From: an uncultured Nitrospiraceae bacterium | GTDB lineage: Bacteria > Nitrospirota > Thermodesulfovibrionia > Thermodesulfovibrionales > UBA6898 | Length of the DNA stretch: 64,000 nucleotides | Direction of reading: 5' to 3' | NCBI GenBank assembly: GCA_963811165.1 | Contig: CAWEQH010000008.1 | Span: forward strand, 577,926 to 641,925 | In this document: positions 51,824-62,989 of the stretch, piece by piece | Layout: every line of letters starts with the position of its first letter | How positions within the stretch are numbered: the stretch's first letter is position 1 | Made by a program: the position numbers and the translations under genes | Notes under the pieces: model-generated | Database searches by the model: none | What the model was told of the DNA's origin: nothing | What the model saw: only the letters and a program-made list of their open reading frames with translations

Positions 51824-54299
51824 GCGCGGGCAGCCTGATGATGAATGTCGTCCCCTTTCCCTCTTCACTTTCTACATCTATGTCGCCTCCATGCTCCTCG
51901 ACGATCTTATGACATATTGCGAGGCCGAGGCCGGTACCTTCTCCTACCGGCTTTGTCGTAAAGAAAGGATCGAAAACCTTATCGATCAGGTCCGGCAATA
52001 TCCCTTTGCCGGTGTCGGACACTGAAACCTTTATCCTGTCTTTGCCGGGATTGTTTCCGGCATCTCCGTCGCTTTCGGTCCTGATGGTGATGCTTCCCCT
52101 TTCAGGGGTAAAATAGAGCGAATTAATGATAATATTCATGAAAAGCTGTCTCAAGCTGCCGGGGTCGGCGTATATCTTCGGCAGCTCCCTGTTGAGCCTC
52201 AGCTCGATGTGGTGTTCCAGACGTTTGGCCTTATGGTTGATCAAGAGTATGACCTCTTTGATGAGCACGTTGATGTCGATCTCCCTGAATGTGCCGCAGG
52301 AAGGCCTTGCAAAATCGAGGAGGCTGCCAAGAATCTCCTTGCACCTGAAGATCTCGTTATGTATCGTCGTGAGGTACTCGGGGAAGTCCTCGAACTCTTT
52401 ATTGTCAAGAAGGCTCCTGTCCCCGGCCCTGTCTATGAGGGCCTCGGAGTATCCTGCGATGATGCCCAAGGGATTGTTTATTTCGTGGGCGATGCCTGCA
52501 ACAAGGGTGCCCAAAGATGCGAGCCGGTCTGAGCGGATGAGCTGCTGTTCCAGTCTCTTTTGGTCTGTGACATCCTTTAGATAGTGGACTATTGCGTAGA
52601 GATCGCCTTCCTCGTCGATAAGAGGATAGGCCCAGGAATGGAAGATACTTGCGGCCTGGCCCTTTAGTTCCCTGAACGACGGCCTCTTATGGGACATCGT
52701 GTCGGAGCATAGGCACCCTTCCGTGGTTATGCCGATCCTGTCAAGGATGTCCCAGCACTGCACCCCGGCCAGGTCTACAGACGAAAACCCCGTCTTTGCC
52801 AGCAGGGTCTGGTTGGCGCGAATGACCCTCTGTCTGCCGTCTTCTATCCAGACCATGTCGGTTATCGCGTCGAAGGTCCTTTCCCACTCTTTTTTTTCCC
52901 TGGATATCTCTTCGAAGAGGAGGGCGTTTTCGAGGGCGACCGATATATGTTTGGCTGCCGGAAGAAGTATCTGGAGGTCTTTTTCGGAATAATAATTCGG
53001 CTCGGTGCTGTCGAGGTTGAAGACACCGAGTATCTTGTCATGGGAAAGCGGTATGCTGATCGTCGAACGTATGCCTTCGTCGTAGAGTTTTTTGTCCAGG
53101 GGAAAAGACAGGCCTCCCAGATCGTGATTGACCCACGGCCTGTTGTTCATTGCGACCCATCCTGCGCTGGTGCCCTTTAGCGGGGCTTTCACGCCCTTTT
53201 TCATAGTGGTCTTCATCTCGGTGTCCAGGGCGAAGATAATAAGGTTGTTCTCCTTTTCGTTAAAAAGCAGGAGGCTTGCCCTGCTGTAGCCGATCAGTTT
53301 CCTTATCTCAGACACCATGATCCGAAATACGGTCCCGATACTGAGGCTGGAGTTGACGATCCCGCTTAGCTCGCTGATGAGTTCGATCTGCTTCATCTTT
53401 TCCTGGAGCTGACCGATCAGCTTTGTATTTTCTATCGCGACCCCAAGCTGACTCCCTATCGTCGACAGAAGCTGGATGTCCATTGCCGTGAAAAAAGAGA
53501 TCTCCCTGCTCGCAATGCCAAGGACCCCCAGGATGGTCCCTCGCGAGGATATGGGTACGCCTGCCATGCTCTCGGTCCCCGGGTCCCTGTGGGACACCCG
53601 TGGATCGTCCGAAGCCTTTTTGACGAGAAGGGGCCTGCCGGAGGCAAGGACCTTGCCGGTAAAACACTCTCCGGGCTTGAGCCTTCTTATTTCATCTTCA
53701 AATTCCGGGGTGAGCCCGCGCTGCACCGCCAGCGAGAGTTCGCCTGTCTCGTCGTCCATAAGGTATATCCAGCCGGCGTCGGCATCCATCGTCGAAAGAA
53801 GCATCTCTATGGTCTCCCGCATGATCGAGCCGGCGTCTCCATGGCTCGCGAGGATCGCGGCAAAGGTATTGAATATCGAAAGCTCCTTCGTCCTCTGTGT
53901 GGCCCTCTGTCTGAGTCTTTTTTGGTCCGATATGTCCCGGACGACCGCCAGCCGTATACCGCCGGTCTGCTGTGGTATCAGGGAAACCAGCGCCGCAAAG
54001 GTATCGCTGTTTTTTTTCCGGCATACCGCCTCGAATGAAGCGCCGTCTTCCCTTGTCTTATCAAAGCAGAAGGCCCCTTCGCTTCTCCGGGGATTAGGCG
54101 CCGTCCCGGCGCTGTCGAGGGAGAAGAGTTCGGCAATATCGCGGCCGGTCATGTCGCCGGGGGAGTACTGAAAGACGTTACACGCGGTCAGATTGGAAGA
54201 GACGATGACCATCTGCTCATTCACGGCCAAAACAGGGAGATTAAGGCAGTCGAAGGCGTCAAAGATATAGTCGGCTTTCGAATTGGTTCCCACGCCCAT
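51792..54299 (-). CDS. Cytoplasmic PAS-GAF-GAF-PAS histidine kinase
   Basis: AGIAHEINNPL, DPFFTTK, GTGLGL; no TM segments; overlaps the regulator gene. Confidence 0.92.
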   Translation of the reverse strand: MGVGTNSKADYIFDAFDCLNLPVLAVNEQMVIVSSNLTACNVFQYSPGDMTGRDIAELFSLDSAGTAPNPRRSEGAFCFDKTREDGASFEAVCRKKNSDTFAALVSLIPQQTGGIRLAVVRDISDQKRLRQRATQRTKELSIFNTFAAILASHGDAGSIMRETIEMLLSTMDADAGWIYLMDDETGELSLAVQRGLTPEFEDEIRRLKPGECFTGKVLASGRPLLVKKASDDPRVSHRDPGTESMAGVPISSRGTILGVLGIASREISFFTAMDIQLLSTIGSQLGVAIENTKLIGQLQEKMKQIELISELSGIVNSSLSIGTVFRIMVSEIRKLIGYSRASLLLFNEKENNLIIFALDTEMKTTMKKGVKAPLKGTSAGWVAMNNRPWVNHDLGGLSFPLDKKLYDEGIRSTISIPLSHDKILGVFNLDSTEPNYYSEKDLQILLPAAKHISVALENALLFEEISREKKEWERTFDAITDMVWIEDGRQRVIRANQTLLAKTGFSSVDLAGVQCWDILDRIGITTEGCLCSDTMSHKRPSFRELKGQAASIFHSWAYPLIDEEGDLYAIVHYLKDVTDQKRLEQQLIRSDRLASLGTLVAGIAHEINNPLGIIAGYSEALIDRAGDRSLLDNKEFEDFPEYLTTIHNEIFRCKEILGSLLDFARPSCGTFREIDINVLIKEVILLINHKAKRLEHHIELRLNRELPKIYADPGSLRQLFMNIIINSLYFTPERGSITIRTESDGDAGNNPGKDRIKVSVSDTGKGILPDLIDKVFDPFFTTKPVGEGTGLGLAICHKIVEEHGGDIDVESEEGKGTTFIIRLPAHARDNTSTCS

Positions 54300-54437
54300 G
54301 TCTCATTATATCAAAACGGCCCTTGTTCTATCAGAAAAACGGCCCCGGCCGTCCCGGCGGCAGGCGGGTATCCCCGTTGAAAAGACGCGTCCCCGGATAT
54401 TTGGGAGGCAATTAAGGTAATATAAAATCAAGTAGGC

Positions 54438-56260
54438 ATGGAAGTCGTGAATAAGATCGATCATCCTCTGCACCGCATCGGGAAATCTCTGGCAGTAAAA
54501 CTTATTTTTTCGATCGCCGCACTGATCCTTATCGGGGGCGGATTTTCCTGGTACCTTCTTATCAGCAGCACCAAGGAAAACCTGATAGAAGGATGCGATA
54601 GAAGATGCGGCGGCCTACTCGGACCTTGTGCGAAAGAGCACACGCTTCAGCATGCTTACGTTCCACCGGGAAGCGATACAGCAGACAATTGAGGAGATAA
54701 GTTCGAAAAAGGAGATAGAGCACATAAGGATATTCGACGGAGAGGGCAGGATATCCTATTCTTCAAGACCGGGGGAGATAGGCGGGAGTACCGACATGAA
54801 GGAGGCGGCATGTGCCGGCTGCCACAGAGATTCGGGCTAACCCCTCCGAGACGCTCAGCCAGGGCGGGCAGTCGTCGATCAGTGAAAAGAGAAGGACACA
54901 GGGTCCTGACGTTCATCGAGCCTATATACAACGGCCCCTCATGTTCTGCTGCGGCGTGTCATGTCCATCCTCCCGGGCAAAGGGTACTGGGAATCTTGCA
55001 GACGGACTTTTCGCTCTGTTGGCGTCGACAATACGATCCGCAGGCAGACCCTGGCTATCACACTCTTTGCCGCTGCCTTTATGGTGGTGAGCGCCCTGGT
55101 GCTCTCCATCATACTTAACAGGTTTGTGTTGAGCCCTGTTTCGCTGATCGTAAAGGCGATGCGTAAAGTCTCAGAGGGCGACCTTGGGCAGGACGGTTTC
55201 GGTAGATTCCGGTGACGAGATGGGGCAGCTTGCCGCAACCTTCAACGTCATGGCAAAAGACCTTGCGGTTGCGAGGGACAGGATGGAGAACTGGACAACG
55301 GCCCTTGAAGACGGGATCGCAAAAAAAACCGATGAACTGAAGAAGTCACAGGACAAGCTTATTCAGGCCGAGAAACTCGCTTCGCTTGGCAGGCTGACCG
55401 CCGACGTTGCCCATGAAATACGTAATCCCCTTACCGCCGTGGGCGGTTTTGCGCGGAGGTTGCACAAGGTCGCCACAGGCGCAAAGGAAAGGGAATATGC
55501 CGAGATCATGCTTGTCGAGGTGGACAGACTAGAAAAGGTACTGAGGGACGTCCTCACCTTTTCGAGGGACGCAAGAAGCCATCCGGAAAAAAATGACCTG
55601 AAGGAGGTTGTGCAGGATGCGCTCAAGATATACGAAGGCCTGTTCGCCGAACAGTCCATAAGGGTTGAGGTAAAAACGGAAGAGGGCATTCTCCCGGTAC
55701 TGATAGACAAGGACCAGATAAAACAGGCCCTTCGGAACCTGATAAATAACGCTGTCGACGCCATGCCCGAGGGCGGCGCCCTGACCGTATCAGCCGGCAG
55801 GGAAGAACTTCACGACGTTACGTATATGTTCCTGAGGGTTTCGGATAACGGGCCCGGGATAGCTCCCGAGGACCTCCCCCTTATCTTCGAGCCTTTTTTT
55901 TCTGCGAAGACGTCTGTCCACGGTACCGGACTGGGGCTCTCGATTACACGAAAGATCATGGAAGAACACGGAGGCTTTATCAAGGCGGAAAATGTCGCGG
56001 GCGGCGGTTCGGCATTCACTCTGTATTTCCCGTTCCAAAGCGATGAAGAATCTCTGGAGGTAAAGTGCTGGGAATATATGAAATGCGGCCGGGACAAGGA
56101 CGCCTCGCTGAAATGCCCATCATACCCTAATTTCGGGCGGGTGTGCTGGGCGGTGGCCGGCACATTCTGTGAGGGCAAGGTACAGGGCACCTTCGCCCAA
56201 AAATATGAAAACTGCAAGAAATGCGAGTTTTATAAAAAGGTAAGGGGAGGGGAAGAGTAA
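54438..56260 (+). CDS. Membrane histidine kinase with periplasmic heme-c motifs, HAMP and C-terminal two-CW Cys domain; about five frameshifts
   Basis: TM, CAGCH, CSAAACH, TM, DEMGQLA..FN, AHEIRNPL, GTGLGL and CWEYMKC..CP..CWAVAGTFC..CKKC pieced together across overlapping ORFs. Confidence 0.72.
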
Positions 56261-56302
56261 GCGGGTAAACTGGCTATCTCATGGATGCCGTATGGGACAA
56301 AG

Positions 56303-56351
56303 AAAAAAACAGAAAAGGGCGGGATGTGGTCCCGCCCTTTTCTGTTTTTTT
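56303..56351. terminator. Bidirectional intrinsic terminator
   Basis: 22-bp perfect stem with A/T tails between convergent genes. Confidence 0.88.
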
Positions 56352-56386
56352 TGGGTCTGAATTGACGTTATACTTCTTGGCCCGGC

Positions 56387-57103
56387 TTATTCGAGGTCTA
56401 TCGACTTTTTCGTATTCTCTCTTCTTTTTGACTCCTTCGCAGCATATTCATCCATGCAACTGTCGTCTTTCCCCTTTACGAGAGAGCACTGCAGATAGTC
56501 CGCGATCTCTATGATGCAGGCCCTGATTGCCTTACCGGTAGGGGTCTTTGCATACTGAGAAAGGCCTCCGGAAAATATGCCGACATGGCCGCCAAAACTA
56601 AGACCGCCCGAGGCCGATGAAGCTTCAACCGTGCGCGAATCGGCGATCTCGCCCGTAGTCGTGTCTATCACCTTCAGATCTACTGCCATGTAGGCCTTTT
56701 CCTTTTTCCCCCCTATCGAAAATCCGGCAATCCCGATGCCGCCGCCCGAACCGCTCGTATTTTCTTCATAGGCAGAGACAGTCGCCGCTACGAGGTACTT
56801 TGCGCCTTTAAGCTTCCCCATCTTTGCCCTGGTCGCCTTACTGACCCTGCCGGAAGCTCCTAAATCCTGCTCGCTCAATACCGCGTCGATCTCTTTTCTT
56901 TCGAGAACATGAAAGGCTTTGGTGCTGGCCAGTTCTGAAATAAGCATGTCCTGCAGGTCCCTCCCCACGCTCGCCTTCCACCACCCGGCATTTGTGTCGT
57001 TGGTGAATCTCAGGACCCCGAGTCTCGGTTTCTCGGCAGCAAAGGCACCGGATATAAATATAAAACTGGTGCAGATAAGGACACAATATTTAAGAAACTT
57101 CAT
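56387..57103 (-). CDS. CsgG/HfaB-family exported protein
   Basis: Signal peptide, F.VLERKEIDAVLSEQDL, GAKYLV and VDLKVIDTTTGEI motifs. Confidence 0.85.
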   Translation of the reverse strand: MKFLKYCVLICTSFIFISGAFAAEKPRLGVLRFTNDTNAGWWKASVGRDLQDMLISELASTKAFHVLERKEIDAVLSEQDLGASGRVSKATRAKMGKLKGAKYLVAATVSAYEENTSGSGGGIGIAGFSIGGKKEKAYMAVDLKVIDTTTGEIADSRTVEASSASGGLSFGGHVGIFSGGLSQYAKTPTGKAIRACIIEIADYLQCSLVKGKDDSCMDEYAAKESKRRENTKKSIDLE

Positions 57104-57504
57104 TTTGTTTCCCCTCTTTCCGAAAAGACGTGAGGACTTTTCGTATTGTTAAATTTTTCTTCGGGTAAAATACCCATCATATCCATTGAAAAGTGAGCGT
57201 AATAGTAAGCTTTTTCTGCTTCCTTCATTGAAACCCGAGTCCCCATCTATGATTCCATCTGCCTGCTCCACGTACGAAAATTTTAGGCCGTCAACGACCC
57301 TTCTGTCAATATAAACTTTGGATTAGTAAGTAATCCCGACAGACCGAAAGACCCGCGATGCCCGTCGTTGAATGAAGGACCTTTCCCCTTCGATTTATAG
57401 AAACCGACCAATTTTTTCGAAGCTAATGGAAAAATGCCGGGGACGGTAAAGGACAGTGCGTTCAGGACAATGTATCACCGGCACCGGGACGGCGGGCAAA
57501 GGGA

Positions 57505-57580
57505 TGGTGGACGGTAAGGGATTCGAACCCTCGACTTCCACGTTGCGAACGTGGCGCTCTCCCAACTGAGCTAACCGCCC
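57505..57580 (-). tRNA. tRNA-Ala (CGC)
   Basis: Cloverleaf, G3-U70 pair, loop TTCGCAA, CCA end. Confidence 0.95.
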
Positions 57581-57646
57581 ATCCGTGCTGAGATTCCAAC
57601 TGCTCCGATAGTAAAACAAAAAATACCGGCCCCAGTCAATGCATTC

Positions 57647-57676
57647 TTGACACCATTTCAGAGAACCTCTTATAAT
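57647..57676 (+). promoter_or_regulatory. Sigma70 promoter for the tRNA cluster
   Basis: TTGACA-N18-TATAAT. Confidence 0.65.
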
Positions 57677-57710
57677 CATCTTTCCCTACATAATGGTAAT
57701 ATATGCGTAC

Positions 57711-57787
57711 GCGCCTGTAGCTCAACTGGATAGAGCAACTGCCTTCTAAGCAGTAGGTCGCAAGTTCGAGTCTTGCCAGGCGCGCCA
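57711..57787 (+). tRNA. tRNA-Arg (TCT)
   Basis: Cloverleaf, loop CTTCTAA, CCA end. Confidence 0.95.
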
Positions 57788-57901
57788 GAATATTTCCTAT
57801 TTTGTGAATTGTACAGCGAATGCCTCTTTGCACAAAGGGAATTTTTCCGTCTTTTTGTTTTATACTATTTGCTGATTTCTTTTCGGAGTGCGGTTTCCGA
57901 T

Positions 57902-57978
57902 GGTGGGCGTAGTTCAACGGTTAGAGCACTGGACTGTGGCTCCAGTTGTTGGGGGTTCGAGTCCCCTCGCCCACCCCA
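57902..57978 (+). tRNA. tRNA-His (GTG)
   Basis: G-1/C73, loop CTGTGGC, CCA end. Confidence 0.95.
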
Positions 57979-57983
57979 ATAAT

Positions 57984-58060
57984 GCGCCTGTAGCTCAGTT
58001 GGATAGAGCATCAGCCTCCGGAGCTGAGGGTCGGAGGTTCGAATCCTCTCAGGCGCGCCA
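57984..58060 (+). tRNA. tRNA-Arg (CCG)
   Basis: Cloverleaf, loop CTCCGGA, CCA end. Confidence 0.95.
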
Positions 58061-58172
58061 CCTTGGTTTTGTGGGGGTATCGCATTTATTTTTGGGCGAC
58101 TGGTCAAGAACGATTGATTTAACCTAGCGAATTTTGCTTTACTATTCACTGTCGCTCTTCGAGAGTTTCCAT

Positions 58173-58248
<76 letters not shown>

Positions 58249-58256
58249 GTAAATGC

Positions 58257-58300
58257 AGGGATTTCAAGGAGTTACGGAGCCTTGAAATCCCTTTTGTTTT
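58257..58300 (+). terminator. Intrinsic terminator after tRNA-Lys
   Basis: AGGGATTTCAAGG...CCTTGAAATCCCT followed by a T-rich tail. Confidence 0.75.
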
Positions 58301-58336
58301 GCTGTCCTAAAATTGTTCTAATAATCGTTAAAAATG

Positions 58337-58987
58337 TTACTCACCTTCTTCTGCAAACCTTGCCCCCATTAGAAAGGCTTTCTCACAATCCTGCGGGAAT
58401 ATTTCCTTATGCCTCTGTAGTTTCTTCTCAGGGTCAAAACGACTTGAAACAAACTTTGAATAATCATCAAACTGATAAGTATCAGTGCTGCACATATATT
58501 CAGAAGTCCCAAATATCCTCTGTAGTGTCGCCTGGTGAAGTTTGAATTGTTGAGGGTAGCCAATTTCTTGCATCAACTCCTCCGGGACATTCATCGTATA
58601 GATAAACCCTGCCTTAATCCTCTTGGGGAATACTGAGGAATAAGCAACGGTATATTCGGTATAGGGAAACAGTAAACGCTCCATGAACGATTTCATCTCT
58701 CCCGATACAGTTCCATAGTATATCGGGGAGCCCAGGATGATAGCATCAGATGCTTCAATTCTGCTGAATACGGGTGTCAGGTCATCCTGAACCGCACACC
58801 TGCCATAACTTTTACCCCCTATGGTCTTACAGGCAAAACAGCTTATGCATCCTTTAAAGGTCAGGTCATACAGATGGATAAGTTCTGTTTCTGCTCCCCG
58901 TGAGGCTGCTCCTTTAAGGGCATATTGCAATAGTGTTGCCGTGTTGTGTTTTTTTCTTGGACTTCCATTAAATGCCATGATTTTCAT
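58337..58987 (-). CDS. Iron-sulfur flavoprotein / flavodoxin family
   Basis: NGSPRKKHNT, CISCFAC..C and LGSPIYYG motifs. Confidence 0.9.
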   Translation of the reverse strand: MKIMAFNGSPRKKHNTATLLQYALKGAASRGAETELIHLYDLTFKGCISCFACKTIGGKSYGRCAVQDDLTPVFSRIEASDAIILGSPIYYGTVSGEMKSFMERLLFPYTEYTVAYSSVFPKRIKAGFIYTMNVPEELMQEIGYPQQFKLHQATLQRIFGTSEYMCSTDTYQFDDYSKFVSSRFDPEKKLQRHKEIFPQDCEKAFLMGARFAEEGE

Positions 58988-59127
58988 TGTCGTCTTATTT
59001 ATAGTGTACCTCTAAAAGTCTTTTCAGGGTAACCTGTTCGGTCTCTCGGAACCTGGCCCGCGCATAGGTCGTGGTGTTCAACCGAAATCAAAGAATCTGC
59101 CGGCGAGATGTTCATCCACTAAGAAGT

Positions 59128-61083
59128 TCATTGAGGCACCTTGGTGTGTCTTGAGACGATATCATTGAGACGCCGGCGTGCTTTTGCGTCATCAGGCTTC
59201 AGTCGTAATACTGTTTGGAATTCCGCAATTGCCCTATCCAATTGGCCTTGGGATCGGTATGCAGCACCAAGACTATAATGAACCTCTGCGTCGTCTGGCT
59301 TCAGCCGTAAGGCCGTTTGGAATTCTGCAATTGCCCTGTCCAACCGGCCTTGAGATAGGTATGCAGCACCAAGATTATAATGAGCCTCCAGGTAATCGGG
59401 TTTCAGCCGCAATGATTCCTGGAATTCTGCAATTGCCCTGTCAAATTGGCCTTGAGATCCGTATGCAGCCCCAAGATTATTATGAGCCACTGCATCGCGG
59501 GGCTTCAACTGCAACGTTTCCTGAGATTCTGCAATTGACCGACCCAATTGGCCCTGAGATCCGTATGCCTTAGCAAGATTATCATGAGCCTCTGCGTAAT
59601 CCGGCTTCAGCCGCAATGCTGTTTGGAATTCTGCGATTGCTCTATCCAATTGGCCCTGAGATGAGTATGCAAGACCAAGCTCACTATGAGCCACTGCACT
59701 GTCGGGTGACTTCTTGGCAGTTTCTGACCAAAGGGTAAAACTATCCTTCCAGACGTTATTCCTGTTTATGGTCCCGACGGTATATGATCCCGCTATTACT
59801 ATAAAAACTATCGATATGCTCTTAGCTGCACGCGGCAGCTTCTCATTCGTCCATGATAAAAAGACCGCCGGAAGGAGGACATAGCCAACAGAGGGCAAGT
59901 AAAGGTATCTCTCGGCATAAGGTTTCCAGCCTATTCCTTTTATGTAAAATACCGGCAGAAGAGGAATGACTAAGAGAAGAAGACCGAAGAAAAGTACTTT
60001 GTTCTTTCTGTAGGCTGACACTGCGGCAACAAAAAAAACGACTGTCACCACTAAGGAGATCATCCCCTTTGCCTCAAATAGAGAGCTGATAGGATGGAAT
60101 GTATGCCATAAATTCAAATTAAACGGCCAAAGCAGGCTTGTAAGATACTCTCTGAAAAGCGGCAAGATATTAATGATGGATCCATAAGTGCTCAGGTCAG
60201 GATAGAATTCTACCGGGGCAAAGCGTCCGAGAGCATAATGTCTCGCTAAAAGATAAATGCCTGAAACCACCACATAGGGAAGATATCTCTTACTACGTAC
60301 AAATAAAGTCTCATCCGATTTCTTCAGCAGGTAGTCATAGACGATCAGTATGACGGGAAGAGTAAGTGCAGGCTCTTTAAACAGCAATGCCACCGAAAAT
60401 GAAAGAATCGACAATAGATAGCATCTTTTGGCGCCGTCCCGAAACGAAATGTAGAGATATAAAGAGAGGAGGTAGAAAAAAGTAAAGGATACGTCGGGTA
60501 ATCCAGCGATCCAGGTTACCGCCTCCGTATGAACAGGGTGTGAGGCAAAGAGCATAGCTGCGATGAAGGGAGGTGAAAGATATACCAAGGACGATGTGAT
60601 CCCATGCTCAGGCAGGAATCGCCGTATAATCAGAAACACAAGAACTGATACGCTGCAATGAAAGAGGATATTGACCAGGTGAAAACCCCAGGGCTTCAGG
60701 CCGAAGATATGATAATTGAGCATATACACAACGTGCATCAGGGGCCTGTAGTAGTTCGAAGTGACTCGCCTTGATTGGTAACTTGAGACACTCTTGGAAA
60801 AAATCTCCGGAATGTTCCCTATATCCCTGATCCAGGGATTGTCCACTATCTGTGTTTTATCGTCATATACAAAAGCTCCGGAAAGGGCGTTGAAATATGC
60901 GGCGAAGGAAACAAGCAGCAAGATCAAAATCGGGATAAGTGCAATTATTGAAGTCTTCTTTTGCAGACTGCCTTTTGATGGCGACTCTCGGGAGGGTGTT
61001 GATTCTTTCTCAAGTCTGCCCCGATTGCCCGGGGCTTCATTAATTGAAACCTTCTTTTTCCTTGACGCCTTGCCCACCGGCAT
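59128..61083 (-). CDS. TMTC-like membrane glycosyltransferase (GT-C) with C-terminal TPRs
   Basis: FVYDD, YYRPL, FHLVN, HPVHTEAV, ERYLYLP; five TPRs (102-bp nucleotide repeats). Confidence 0.85.
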   Translation of the reverse strand: MPVGKASRKKKVSINEAPGNRGRLEKESTPSRESPSKGSLQKKTSIIALIPILILLLVSFAAYFNALSGAFVYDDKTQIVDNPWIRDIGNIPEIFSKSVSSYQSRRVTSNYYRPLMHVVYMLNYHIFGLKPWGFHLVNILFHCSVSVLVFLIIRRFLPEHGITSSLVYLSPPFIAAMLFASHPVHTEAVTWIAGLPDVSFTFFYLLSLYLYISFRDGAKRCYLLSILSFSVALLFKEPALTLPVILIVYDYLLKKSDETLFVRSKRYLPYVVVSGIYLLARHYALGRFAPVEFYPDLSTYGSIINILPLFREYLTSLLWPFNLNLWHTFHPISSLFEAKGMISLVVTVVFFVAAVSAYRKNKVLFFGLLLLVIPLLPVFYIKGIGWKPYAERYLYLPSVGYVLLPAVFLSWTNEKLPRAAKSISIVFIVIAGSYTVGTINRNNVWKDSFTLWSETAKKSPDSAVAHSELGLAYSSQGQLDRAIAEFQTALRLKPDYAEAHDNLAKAYGSQGQLGRSIAESQETLQLKPRDAVAHNNLGAAYGSQGQFDRAIAEFQESLRLKPDYLEAHYNLGAAYLSQGRLDRAIAEFQTALRLKPDDAEVHYSLGAAYRSQGQLDRAIAEFQTVLRLKPDDAKARRRLNDIVSRHTKVPQ

Positions 61084-61395
61084 TATTATATCATGGGAAT
61101 TACTTCTTATAATTCAAACTTCAGTCCAGCTGTGCTATTGAGAAACTTGCAGTATTATATCTCAGATCACGTTACCGAAATCGTTGGAGTCCAGAATCAG
61201 TATTTGCGGACTTATTGTTTGAAATTCGATCCCTTGATGTTGTGCTTCCGCGCCGCCAAAAGAACTGACGGTCCTGCTTCAAAGATTGGAGATTCAAATG
61301 CCCAACAGGCCCTCTTGACATTATCCGAAATTGTCGTACACTCGGGGGATACCTAGCAAAAACAATTCGGGTAAATACAGTGGGAAATGTGGTGT

Positions 61396-61683
61396 ATGGA
61401 TAAAGACGAGGAAACGCACGGGCAAGAAGGGGTCCCCTACCACGTTCCGCTTTTTTTTACTGTGTTGTCGATGCAGGGGCAGAGGTTCCAGAGGGTTTAT
61501 TCCGTCGGCACCATAATCGATACCTGTGAAAGCGGCATCGAGATTATGATCGATTACCCTATTCAGCCGGGTAATGTGCTGCAGTGGGACGATATACATA
61601 AGCCGGGGACGCTTCATACCGCTATCGTGAAATGGTCTATGAAGGAGGAGGAACTTTACAGGGGCGGGCTGAAGTTCCTCTGA
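61396..61683 (+). CDS. Small PilZ-like protein
   Basis: GTIIDTCESGI...VKW...GGLKF; RxxxR motif absent. Confidence 0.55.
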   Translation: MDKDEETHGQEGVPYHVPLFFTVLSMQGQRFQRVYSVGTIIDTCESGIEIMIDYPIQPGNVLQWDDIHKPGTLHTAIVKWSMKEEELYRGGLKFL

Positions 61684-61864
61684 AAACAGACTACTATTCC
61701 AATGAAGATTGCCGGTTAACTGCCGGTCGTTGTCATGCCTTTCGCGGGAGACCCCCTTGACCTCAGCCGGAAGTCTGATACAATTTTAACAACACAGCAT
61801 AAATGCCGATGTCTTTACCGGGTCGGCTGAAGGTTTCCCATCAAATTTAAGAGGAGGTTATGGT

Positions 61865-62332
61865 ATGAAAGGGAATGAAAAGATCATCGAGCACCTTAAC
61901 GCGCGCCTGGCAGAGGAACTCACCGCGATCAACCAGTATATGGTCCATGCCGAGATGTGCGACAACTGGAAGTATGAAAAGCTGCACAAGGCCATCGAGA
62001 AGCGTGCCATCGACGAGATGAAGCACGCCGAGAAGCTTATCGCCCGCATCCTTTTCCTGGAGGGGCGTCCGACTGTGAGTAAGATGAACAAGATGTATAT
62101 CGGCGCCGAAGTGCCGAAGATGCACGAATATGACCACACTGCCGAGGAACAAGCCATCCGGGGATATAACGAGAGCATTCGCCTGGCGGCCGAGGTTGGG
62201 GACAACGGCACACGTGACCTTCTTGTTTCAATTCTTAATGAAGAAGAGGGCCACATAGATTTGATCGAGGCCCATCTCGACCAGATCAAACAGGTCGGGG
62301 TACAGAACTACCTGATGGAGCAGATGGGCTGA
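61865..62332 (+). CDS. bfr: Bacterioferritin
   Basis: ELTAINQYMVH, IDEMKHAEKL, EEGHID; RBS GAGGAGG. Confidence 0.95.
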   Translation: MKGNEKIIEHLNARLAEELTAINQYMVHAEMCDNWKYEKLHKAIEKRAIDEMKHAEKLIARILFLEGRPTVSKMNKMYIGAEVPKMHEYDHTAEEQAIRGYNESIRLAAEVGDNGTRDLLVSILNEEEGHIDLIEAHLDQIKQVGVQNYLMEQMG

Positions 62333-62989
62333 GCATACTGCGCACACCCGTAGCGAGTGCGTAGAGGTTTGGTTTCGGGAGGCTTGCCAATCAGGAGAGA
62401 AATGCGTTTTTTATTTCTCTCCTTGATTCGGTAGACGGATGATCGTCCATGAGGCCTCCCCCAGAATCTTGGCCGTTTTTTTCGGTGTATTCCTGCGAGT
62501 TTTTTAAGGACGGCCACATATTCTTTAGGAGACACACCGAGGCGCCTTAGGGCTCTTACCGCCTCATCTTATCGGCTTCGATTTCCTGCTCCTTCGAGTA
62601 CTCCTTTATCGCCAATGGTCTTATCAACGAACTCAGAAAGCCGGCCTCAGGGGCTACTTTGTTAAGCTCCGAGAATACGGGAACTTTTGAATGTTCCATG
62701 GCGGCCTTTCTTTCATTATGCCTGAGCGAGATATGCGCGATTTCATGTGCGAGAACGAGGTTAATTCCCTATCGTCAAGGGCGTGCAGGAGCCCCCTGTT
62801 GACGACGATTTTGTAATGGGAAAGAGCAAACGCATTCACTTCATCATCATCCGAAACAAAAAAACCGTATTTTTCTTTGTCAATCACGTCCATTTCAAGC
62901 AACAATTGTGTAAAGAATCTCTGCAATTCTGAGGTAAGAGACGGGGTCTTCATCGAGTTCCACAATTCTGACATACCGCGTCGTTTCAC
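62308..62989 (-). pseudogene. M48 (Ste24p-like) metallopeptidase, multiply frameshifted; start uncertain
   Basis: VNAFA...VNRGLL..LDDREL, then in a shifted frame VLAHEIAHI...YSKEQEIEAD. Confidence 0.7.

Noticed and set aside
59180..59690. Regular ~102-bp nucleotide repeats resembling an array
   Set aside because: They are the 34-aa TPR units of the TMTC-like CDS; there are no unique spacers and no cas genes, so this is not CRISPR.
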